From: Negaprion brevirostris
Taxonomy: Eukaryota
Direction: 5' to 3'
NCBI GenBank assembly: GCA_030324005.1
Contig: JARDVH010000025.1
Span: 113,820,621-113,884,620, forward strand
DNA: 64,000 nt
In this document: positions 43,301-55,300 of the stretch, piece after piece
How positions within the stretch are numbered: position 1 is the stretch's first letter
How the letters are laid out: each line of letters opens with the position of its first letter
Notes under the pieces: generated by a model
The model's database searches: none
Seen by the model: only the letters and a program-made list of their open reading frames with translations
Told to the model about the DNA's origin: nothing
Program-made: the position numbers and the translations under genes

Positions 43301-46300
43301 CTATTTGCCTGGTGTTGGTGCATTAATAAGCTGATATTTGGATGGTAGTTATACATTTGATGGGGGCCCTGCATCCATGAGGTTTCAATCAATTGGTTTT
43401 GGTCATCAGGAAGCTGAATGTGTGGCTGCCATGTGGTAGCACTCTTGCCTCTGAGACAGAAAACTGTGGTTTCACTTAGTCCCACTCCAAAGATTTAAAT
43501 ACCGAACCCAAGCTTATACTTGTGTACGGTACCAAGAGAGTGCCACACTGCTGTCTTCTTGTTATAATGCACAGCACTTCTGCATGCATTTAGTATGTTT
43601 CCAAACATTACATCTACAGTATTTCAAACGTGTTAACATAATTCTAAATATTATGTGCAATCTTTCTTCCCGCTGTGCTCGTCGATTAGCTTGGCAGGGC
43701 GGGAAATTTAAGCTGAAGTCCAATAACGCCAATCACACCCAGGAGCGAAACATTCGCAATCCTCCCAGGCCATTTTTGCTGACGTAATCAGAGGCTGATT
43801 TAAATATTTATAAAATAATTTAACTGTGATCAGTGAGCTCGGGACACAAGAGCCCAAGCTCACTTAGCTTACCAGCCACGCCGGTGGAGGTTCTCACTGG
43901 TGAGGATCTCGTATGGTCCCCACCAACGGGGGACCTGATGTGATGGCCTCGCCAGTAGGACCGGAGGCCATTGAGGCACACCCAGGAGGTTGGGGGCAAG
44001 GCCGACACTGCCAGCCGGGCACCCTGGTACTGCCAGCTTGGCACCCTGGCACTGTCATTGAGGTGTGGCCTCACAGAGTGGAGCCAGACAGAGACTGGTG
44101 GGAGAGGTCCAAGGAGGGCTGGGAAGGGAGGAAATCTGCATTGTGAGGTGGGTTGCTGATGGTGTGGCAAGCAACCGGGAGTCAGGACAGGCAATGGGGG
44201 TAGGGGCTGCATGTATGAGAGCTGAGGGTGCATGCCTAGCAGTCTACTGCCGGCTTCCTTAGTGTGCTTAGGCTGTGTCCCCGCTACCAGTGTGAAACTC
44301 CGGACTACCAAAAAAACTCAGAGCATAAGAAAATTGCACTGAAAATACTGGAGTGAAACATTCCGGCTACCAGACTTTTGTGACACTTTTGGGAAAATTC
44401 CACCTGTATCTACAGTATTTTGTGCATGTTTAGAACATTTCTAAACATTACATCTACAGTATTTTAAATGTTCTGAACATTTCCATATGTTTAGATAGAG
44501 AATTTTCAGATATTTGCATTATACAGTTTTTAAGTAAATGAGCCCTAATTTAGTAAGAAAATATTATTTTGATGATCGTGCTTTGCAGGTAAATATTGAC
44601 CAGGTTGAAGCAGGAAAGAAATTCCAGGATACACGGTAGAGAGACACAATACTGCGGCAAGTCTCAATGTCAAAACCATCGGGCGCCATTTCCTTTTCTG
44701 TAAAACAACGAAAGGTAAATGATGAAACCAAAAGAGAAAATGCTGGAAAACCTCAGCAGGTCTGGCAGTATTTGTAAGGAGAGAAAAGAGTTGATGTTTC
44801 GAGCCTAGATGACCTTTTGTCAAAGCTAAAAGGCATAGAAAGTAGGGGATATTTATACTGCAGGGTGAGGGAATGAAGGATGAGTCATAGCCACAGATAC
44901 TAGGGAAATCAGTTAATAGCTGTCCACAAAGAGAATAAAGGCTGTGAATGGCCAAACGGCAGAGAAGCTAAAATGAAGATGTTAGGGGAGCGGGGGAAGA
45001 AAAATGGATGGGACAGAGGTAAGATTTAGAAAAGGAGAAGCAAAGGGGGAGAAACGGTAAGGGAAGGGGCGTCATGCACGGGAAAAAAGTGGGAAGAAAA
45101 TTAAAGAAAGACATAAATAAAAGGTAGAGAACAGTAAAAAATTAACAAAATAGAATGAAAACAAAGGGGTCAAGGTGGGGTAGAGCAAATCATCTGAAAT
45201 TGTTGAATTCGATGTTGAGACCGGAAGGCTGTAAAGTACCTAACTGGAAGATGAGACGCTGTTCTTCTCGTTTACATTGAGCTTCACAGGAACATTGCAG
45301 CAGGCCGAAGACAGACATGTGGGCAAGGGAGCATGATCGTGTGTTAAAATGGCAAACAGCTGGAAGGTCAGGGTCCTGACTGTGTACAGACTGAAGGTGC
45401 TCAGCAAGGCGATCACCCAGTATACACTTGGTCTCTCTGAAATTGAGGAGACCACATTGGGAGCAGCGAATGCAATTCACCAAATTGGAAGAGGTGCAAG
45501 TGAAACACTGCTTAACCTGGAATGAATGTTTTAGACCTTGGATGGTGAGCATAGAAGAGGTAAACGGACAGGTGTTGCACCTTCTGTGATTGCATGAGAA
45601 GGTGCCATGAGTGACAAGAGAGATGTTGAGTATAGTGAAGGAGTGGACTAGGTTATCCCAGAGAGAACGGTCTCTGTGAAATGTTGACAGAGGGAGAGAA
45701 AGGAAGGTGTGTTTGGTGGTGGCATAATGCTGGAGTTGGCGAAAATGGCGGAGTATTATGCTTTGCATGCAGAGACTGGCGGGGTGAAATGAGAGAGCAA
45801 GGGGGACTTGATCTTTGTTCTGGAAGGAAGGGGACGGGGTGAGGACTGTGGAACAGGAGATGTTGTTGAGGGCCCTGTCGACAACTGCAGATGGGAATCC
45901 ACGGTTGAGGAAAAAAAGAGCACATACTAAAAGCACCTCTTTGAAAAGTGGCATCATCGCAACAGATGCGATGGAGGCAAAAGAAAAAGTGGGACAGAAA
46001 GGGATGGAATCCTTACAGGATATGGGGTGCGAAGAGCTGTAGTCCAGATAGCTGTGGGAGTCAATGGGCTTGTAATGGATATTGGTAAATGTTAAATAGT
46101 CTATTGCCAGAATTGAAGACAGAAAGGTCAAGGAAAGGAATGGAAGTGTCTGAGATGGACCAGGCAAAGGTGATGGAGAGGTGGAAACTAGAAGCGAAGT
46201 TGATGAATTTTGAGAGGTCTGGACAAGTGCATGAAGCAGCACCAAAATAGTCATTGATGTGTCAGTAAATGAGTTTTGGGTTGTCCTGGAACAAGGAATA

Positions 46301-49300
46301 TTCCACATACCCCATAAAAAGACTAGTGTAGCTAGGACCCATGTAGGTATCCATTGCTACTCCTTTAATTTGGAGAGAGTTGGATGAGTTAAAGGAGAAG
46401 TTGTTTCTCTTTCGGTTTCAGATTCCAGCATCCGCAGTAATTTGCTTTTATCCTACTTTGAGTTGTCTTCAGCAGTCTGCTGGTTATATGTTTTATTTCT
46501 GTATAAAATCTACATAACCTATATTTATCATCAACTACTTTAAAACATTTAGTCTAAATTGGATGAACTAGGAGAATGAGCAGTGGAATGAAGATTCATT
46601 AGCAGACTCCTATTTAACAGGGAAAATATAAATCCAATTATAATTATATCACTCAGTTGCACAGTGCTGAACCTCAAAAAAATTGAGACAAGTTGTCAAT
46701 TTTACTGTGAAGATTAGATGAAAAATATTTTAAATATAGGACAACAGGGAAGATCATACAAATAAACAAATCTAGATATTAAATTGTCTGTCACTACAAA
46801 CAGCCATTAATTGATTGTCATTGTCTACATGAGACTGCATCCTTTCAGTGTTTATTCTGAAATGGCAGCACAGAACCAGACCACAGCCCAACTGGCCTAA
46901 ACCAGTAGCCTCCTCCCACCTTGTCTATCCCTGTCAGCATAACCTTCTAGCCCTTTCTCCTCATGTGTTTATCTAGTTTCCCCTTAAATGCCACTTGCCT
47001 CAACCATTGCGCGTTAGTAAATTCCACANNNNNNNNNNNNNNNNNNNNNNNNNNNNNNNNNNNNNNNNNNNNNNNNNNNNNNNNNNNNNNNNNNNNNNNN
47101 NNNNNNNNNNNNNNNNNNNNNNNNNNNNGGAGGCTACTTGGCCCATTCAGCCTGCATTGACAGCAATCCCATCCAGGCTCCACTCCTGTAACCCATGGAT
47201 TTACCCTGCTAATTTCCCTGATATTAAGGACAATTTATCATGGCCAATCAACCTAACCCGCACATCTTTGGACTGTAGGAGAAAACCGGTGATGTATCAT
47301 AGGAAATTATTCTACCAAAATCAGTAAACCCTTCCACTGATCACCATTGTGTAAGTGTTGTCAGGCAATGTAGTATTTCTTTTCCATTGGAAAAATGTCA
47401 TAATGCGATAAAAAATGTAAAAAAAAAAGTATCGTAAGCCTGTGTTGTCATGTTTTGTGCTATGATTTAAATTGACTAACGGCCCTTTTGCTTCAAACAG
47501 CTTTTGAAATTTGAAATAAATCTGTGAATCTGCTCCCTTCTATTGATTGACAGACATCTGCTTTGAAATGGAAATGGGATGGGACATCATTGTACTCTGT
47601 CAGTTTCAGACAATGTAGCGGGAAGGTTTTGTTATGACAGCTGTAACCATTATTCATGCTTAGCTGGCTTTAAAATGCATCAGATCAGCAGGTTATCTAT
47701 TCATTTACAGTTGAAACTTTTAAGAGGCTATAATAGCAGAATATGCCTTTGATGTGCTTTCTTGTTTGCTCACAAACCAATAGAGACTGAAAGAATAACA
47801 ATTTTATTTGATCTGGATTAGTTTTATTTGCACTGGATTCATTTTTAAAGTATTGACAATCGTGTGTTTGACTTCAGGATTTTAGAAGTGGTTTAATTTT
47901 ATTTCCAATAGTTTGAGATAATTTCCATTGTTAATGCTGGCCCTGAGGACTGTAGATGGTGTATACTGGGTGAGTGGCTATGGAGGATACGTGTGAGCAA
48001 GAAGGGGGCATGGAGGTGGCCTGGGGGATCTGAAGAGGGAAGGGGGTTATGGATGAGCAGTCATGGAGTGGGATGAGGGACCATGGAAATGGCATGGGCA
48101 ATATGGGGTGGCATGCGTGTCATTGACAGCTTGAAAGGGCATGGAGCATGAGTAGATGAATGGGGATGAGATTTGGGAAGGCTTTTAAACAATGTTTGGA
48201 AATGAGCTGCTACGTTGGAGAACCAAAACACCCACACTTTTTGTAAAGTNNNNNNNNNNCTTGCAAAATGTTGTGCGGAGGCAACCACTGTGTGAAAAGA
48301 CAAAGTCAAGTGTGTATTTCACAAAATTGCACCTGAGCACACAGGAATCCTGGGTCCCAGGAAGTGAGTTCATAATCCAGGATAACATATCAGTGATACT
48401 GAAGGATGGATGAAACATCCCATGACATTATTTGAAAAAAGGGCAAAAATTCACAATCTTCTGGCTATCATTTGTCTCTCAAACAGCATTACTGAAACAG
48501 AATATCTGATCATAAATCTAATTATTGCTTGTAAGGCCTAACAGTGGAAATTGACTGCTATGTTTCTCCGCGGGCAAATTTAAATGCTTTCTGGGGGTGG
48601 ATTGAGGTGGCTGAGGGGGCCTTACACTCCGGGCACCCTTCCTGGCACCAATCCACCTGCCTTTGAACTCAGTGCAGTGTTACATGTGGTGGATAAGGCA
48701 CCAAGTGACCCACCTACCATTGGGCAATTGAGGCCCCCAAGTGGCCAATTAATGATAGGGGAGGCCAGGACCAAGTTTGAAGCCTGCCAAGTCTCGCCAT
48801 AAGGGCTATAGGTGGGGTGTTCCTCATTGACTGCATCCTTGGGCCCTCTCGCAAGGTCTGCCCTTCCCCCAACCTAATTTTTCCCTGCATCTCAGCCAGT
48901 GTTTCATTTATATTGCCCTGTCTGCGTGTCAGGATATCCCGTACAGCTTCACAGCCAATGGAGTGCTTCAGAAATGTCTCGTTATTTTAAGACAGGGGAA
49001 TGTAACAACCAATTTGCAAATGACAATGCCTGTGGTCATGATAGAATTGTCAAATCATTGTTTTATTTTGGTGATGGTAATTGATGGATAAACATTGACC
49101 AGATCAATATGGAGAATTCCTTTCCCCTTCTTTGAATAGTACCACAGGTTATTTTACATGTTGCTTTAAATTTCTGATTCAAAAGACACATCTTCAGCAG
49201 AGTGGCATCCCCTCAGTATTGCATTGACATTTCAGCCTTGATTATGGGCTCAAGCCACTGCAGAGGACTTGAAATCGTGACCTTTTGACTCATGGGTGAA

Positions 49301-52300
49301 GATGCTGCAACTGAGCTAAGGCCAGCACGTTCCTTTCTCTCTATCTCAGTCCCATCCTATGGTAGCAATATATTTCCCAGAATAATATGTTTTCTAATAA
49401 TGAAGTGAAGAGAAGGCTTCTTAGAATCAATAATGCATGCAGATGAAAGAAAGTGAATCAAAGGTGTTATTTTGAACGACTCGATTGTTCAAAACATAAT
49501 TTATGTGCAAAATATACAAGGAGCAGCTTGATGTAATTCAAATTCTCTAACCTAGGAGCAACATTCACTGGAGCTAATAGGCGTTTGACTATGTTAGCTT
49601 ACTGAAGCGGTGCAGAAGTATTGTGTTAAGAATAAAGTAGGTTTTCTTTAAGATTTCCTAATTACTGTGAAATTGTTGCCAGGTCCTTTAATGTTTTGTT
49701 GGCATGTGATCTCTTGTGCACAAGAACATCCATCAAAAGCCACTGACTGTTCAGTATGAACCAAAAGCCACATCTATCTGTTGGAGCTTCAAAGAAGCAA
49801 GACTTTGCCATTAGTGTTTAGCTGGTATGTGAGTCACCTGGTGTAACTGAGAATGAAATGCAGAATTGTGCAAGCCTGGAGTGGGATTTTCCAGCCGTGC
49901 TCACCCCAAAACCGGAAAATCCTGCCCGAGGTCAATGGAGCTTTGTATGGTCCTGTGCCGCCTGCTACAATTCCCGTGGCGGGTAGGACAGGAAAATTCC
50001 ACCCCAATTATTCTACCACTCTATCCATGCATTTTTTAAACATACTTAAGTCAACAAGGGTGCAGAGTGCTCCTGTCAATTTATTTATACCGTAGCTTTG
50101 ATATGAGAGTGGGAGGGGGTTGGGCACATTTACCACAGGGAATGGGTGTATAGCCAGTAGCCTCCTAAAATCGACCCCAGTGCAGCTTTAAACTTCCACA
50201 CAAACAAGAAGGACTCCTGTTAGCCAAAGCTATAGGCAGTGAACTCACGTTTTGAGAACACGGTATTTAAAATATCTTGCAGTTCGTAAGCATTGACTTC
50301 CAAATCCTGAAAGACAAGAGTGCAAAGGATAAGGTGATGCATTGGATGTTATGTCACAACAATGCATCTTTAGAAGGATCTATTTTATTCTATAGAACAT
50401 TACACCTGACAGACCATTCAGCTGCACCTTTCTATAACAACTATTATGATCTATTTTTGCCTACTGTAACCCTTCTTCTTTGACTAACACATCACAAAGA
50501 AAGAACATCACCACTTTCTAGATTTAAACTTAGGAAGTAAAATGCAAGGAAATGGATTAAACACCCCATAGAACATATTTCCAACTCCGAGTGTTTCCTG
50601 AGCAGCTCCTTCAAAATCCACATGCTGCACTCCTGAGATTGTGAGTACACAGGCTCAAAGCACCACATCTGCCCCAGATTCCAGGATTGGGAATGATTGG
50701 CGCAAGTCCATCACCACTTCCAAAAAAGAGAATTGACCTCTGCTGGGTCAGTCTCCTGAATATCCCATGTTCTCGCTCCTGAATCTCCCGTGTTCCCACT
50801 CCTGAATCTCCTGTCTTCCAATTCTTGAATCTCCCGTCTTCCCCCTCCTGAATCTCCTGTCTCCCCACTCCTGAATCTCCGGTGTTCCCATTCCTGTACC
50901 CGCTGTGAACCGATGAATATTTCCTCCTCAAGCCTGCTCCACTGTTCAATAAGATGATGGCTGATCTGTTGGGGCCTTCACTCCACTATGTTGCCCAATA
51001 ACCTTTAATTTCCTGGTTTGTCAAGAATCTACCTGCTTCTGCCTTAAAAATATTTAATGGCCCAGGCTCCACCAGTCTCCGGAGAAGAGTGTTAGAGACT
51101 CACAACCCTCAGAGAAAAAAATTCTCCGAATGTCCAGCTTATATGGGAGAGCCTTTATTTGCAAATGATGACACCTTGTTCTAGTCTCTCCCACAGGGGG
51201 TAACATCTACAGATCACCTCTCAAACTCCAGAATTCACTGGAGTTTGATACGGCCTGCCCAACTATTTCTCATAAGATAACCCCTTCATTACAGGAATCA
51301 ATTGAATGAATCTTTTCTGAACTGGTTCTAAGAGCAACTCATTTCTTTCTTAAATAAGATGACCAAAACTGTACACAGTACCTAGATGAGGTCACACCAA
51401 TGTCAGTGCACAAATGCAGAAAAACATCCCTACTTTTATATTCCACTCCCCTTGCAATAAAGAACATTCTATTTGCCTTCTTCACTCACTGCATACTAAC
51501 CTCTCATATACCAGGACACCCAGATCCCTCTGCCCCCCCATCTTTCTCCATTTAAATAACATGCTACGTTTCTATTCCTGCCTAAGTTGACAAGTTCACA
51601 TTTTTCCATATGATACTTCATTGCCAAATGTTTTCCACTCACTTAACCTGCCTAACTCTCGCTATAGGCTTCTTTTGTCCTCTTCCATCCCACTCCCGAC
51701 TCCACATGTTCTCACTCCTAAATTTCCTGTGCCCTGTGTCACTAACAGATTATTTAACGATAGTTGCTGCTCACCTTCCCTGAGATTTGTTCAAACAGAG
51801 AGCGGAACTGCTTTTCCTCTTGGCTTTCCTGCTCGGGGCTGGCTGCTGATTTTGGTGGCTGCAAGAAGCAAGATCATAAAAGATGTTACATAAATAGAAG
51901 TTCTCTCTCTTTCTCACAGAGGTTAGAATAGAATCCTACAGTACAGAAAGAGGCCATTTGGCCCATTGAGTCTGCACTAACCACAATTCCACCTAGGTCC
52001 TATCCCCATAACCCCATGCATTTACCCTAGCTAGTCCCCTGACACTAAGGAGCAATTTAGCATGGCCAATCCACCTAACCTGGTGGGAGGAAACCAGAGC
52101 ACCTGGAGGGAACCCACACACACACACGGGGAAATGTGCAAACTTCACGCAGTCACCCGAGGCTGGATTTGAACCCAGGTCCCTGGCAATGCTAACCACT
52201 GTGCCTTTCACAACTTAAGGATGGCACCCAATCTCGAGGAGGAGAGAGAAAATTTTTAAGGACACCCTGAAGGCCTTGTTGAAAAGGAGACAAGTTGACA

Positions 52301-55300
52301 TTGGTGTATTGAAGGACCTTGCCACAAAGCATACCATGTGGCAGCCTCTTATCCAACACGCTGCAACACAGTCTGAAACATGGCCACACAAGTCTGCTAC
52401 AGAGAAGTAACAAAAGCCACAGGAGAGAAAGCAGGTGACCCTGACATTTTATTCCAGAGTTAGATGTTACTAAGTTTAAAGAAAACACTCACCTCTGGTA
52501 GATCCGCACCAATTTTATCCCCCATTTCACTGCAAATAATAAATAAATATTAATGAGCTTAACTACTTTGCATGAACGTCATGAGAAATATGATACTGTA
52601 AACTCGGCTCTGGTTGTTGGAGAGATAATTGGTGATGGTTGGAGAGGTAGATTGGTGATAAATTGGAGGGGGGTTGGCAGTTGGTGGGGTGGTTGGAGGG
52701 ACAGTTGGAGGGATGGTTGATAATGGTTGGAGGGCAATTGATGGGATATTTGTTGATTTTAGAGGTAATTGATGGGATATTTGTTGATTGTAGAGGTAAT
52801 TGATGGGATATTTGTTGATGGTTGGGCAAACAGTTGGTAATGAAAGGGGGTGCAATGGTGATTGGTGGTGGTTTGTGATGATTAGAAGGAGCAATTGATG
52901 ATGGACAGATGGATAATTTGAGGGAGGGTTTGAGTGACATTTGGATGGAAAAGATGATAGTTTGAAATTCAGGAGTGAAGTGACAAACTTGCAGTTATTC
53001 CCACTACCTGAGCTGTGAATGAGAGTAAATGCAACAATAACTTTTAAAAGGAAATTGGATAAATATTTGAAAAGGAAAAGTTGCAGGCCTATGGGAAAAG
53101 AACAGGGGAGTGGGACAAGTTGGTTAGGGTTCGTACATGCACGATGGGCCAAATGATCTTCTCAAAATCAACAAGAACTTATTTCTAATCTTACAGACTT
53201 AAAGCTTTCTTCTCCGAAATAAATCGAACGATGAATTCAGCCTCCTCTTCTGGTTGGAAAGTAGTAGGGACAATAACATATTCTCCTGGGGGACGTTTAA
53301 ACCTTTCGGAGTTTTCCCGTATGTTAATGTACGTCTTACTCTTCGCTTTTGAACTATGAAATCGGAAGAACTCTTTCGGCAGATGATTAACGTCATTTTC
53401 CGCCTGGAAAACAAATCCAGCATCAGTGTAGCAAAACCCCACACTACCCATTACATAAATACATAATGAAAAATATAATCGAGGAAATAGCATTCAACCT
53501 GCTAAGGACAAACCTTTGCATATACTAAACCTCCAAAAACTTATTCCTCTTGTACTCCTACTGTTCCATTGAAGCCCACCCACTAGTGGGTGGCACTGGA
53601 TGGAACAATAGTTAGCACTGCTGCCTCACAGTGTCAGGGACCCGGGTTCAATTCCCAGCTTGGGTCACTGTCAATGCAGAGTTTGCATGTTCTCCCTGTG
53701 TCTATGTGGGTTCCTCCGGGTGCTCTAGTTTCTTCCCACAGTTCAAATGACGTGCTGGTTAGGTATATTGGCTAGGCTAAATTCTCCCTCAATGTATCCG
53801 AATAGGCATTGGAATCTGGCGACTTGGGGATTTTCACAGTAACTTCATTGCAATGTTAATGTAAGCTTATTTGTACATTATTAGACTGTAAATTTCAGTC
53901 CTCTAACCAATTGAAGCTCAGCCCTCTAATACCACAACTAATCAACTAAAGTACATTGAACGTGCTTTCCATCACAATGAAGTCCATCCTACTAGCACCC
54001 TAACTCACTCAATGAAGCCCATCATTCTCACACCCAAATTCATCCAATGATGTCCATCCTCTAATCCCTTAACATCCTCTTTGAATCCTGAATAGGAGAC
54101 TGCTCAGTTGGTACTCTTGCCTAGGTATCAGAATGCTGTGCATTCAATTCTCACTCCAGGGCCTCTCTCCTACAACAGGCCCTATGTTGTCCTTTTCACT
54201 GTAACCCTCTGGACATTTAGCTCAGAGATTATCAAAAAAATTACTGAGGAGTTACTTAAAATTTCTGAACTCTGAGACTTTGTATTTATAAACCAGAATT
54301 AAAACATGAAATGTACCTCATAAATGGCGAACCCAATGGTCAGCATCTCGGCTCCTTCCTTCCGCAGTTTGCGCCTGTTTTTTTGCATGAGAGCTACAAT
54401 AAATGTGCACTCATCTTTGCCATCTTCTTGCTCATCATCTGCCTCCAGCAGCTTTACTTTATACTGCGGATTGATCCAGAAAGTGTCTGCCAACAAAATG
54501 ACCACAATATGTAAAAATACAAACCTTTGACACCTCCAGGAATTTCTTTATTTCATGGAATCAATTGTGATGACACTGTGCTATTTTGATATATTTTATG
54601 TTTAAGATGGGGCTGCTTTAAAAGGCAGTGTTTTGTTACAAGAATCCACTTGTCTGGGAAGACATGCATCTTAAATGCTGAGAATGCAGGATAATAACTG
54701 ATTTTAGCTAGGAATGTGTTACTTTATAGAGTTAATGGACCTTTTGTTGACTTACATGCTGGGATTTTACACTAGGTATATAGAGTCATGTGGTTAATAG
54801 GAGGAGCAAAGCTTGCAGGAAAAGAAGTTTCATTTTCATTTTAAAATAAAGAGGAGTTGCTGCCTGGAACTGGTCAAAGAAAGTCTCTCTCTCTCTCCTC
54901 AAGCTCTCTGAAAGCTCCAAGACAGTTAACCCAAGTCACAAGCAAATCTGCTAACTAAATTTAAAGAGAAGTTTAATTCTATAAGAGAAATATTGCTTAA
55001 TTGGAACTAATAGTGATGGGTTAGCAGTTAAGAATTGTATCTTGTCATGTTTAAGTATTGTTCAGTTGTTAAAAATTAAGTTATAATTAAACTGTGTTGT
55101 TAAATGAAGTTTGTTTTGATAAAAACTCCCTAATTTGTCCCAATGTGAAACACCCTATCTTCACATTAATGCCAAAATAGAAAAATTGATGAGGTCTAGT
55201 CTGACCTACTGGTATACCTTAAGGTTTCTGATCTGGTACCCGAACAGGATTAACTTTTTGAACCATGGCATACTTCAACTAATAGAAGAGCTGAACCATT

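Noticed and set aside
52559-53152. 197-aa and 125-aa Pro/Thr/Asn-rich ORFs
   Set aside because: Produced by the G/T-rich minisatellite
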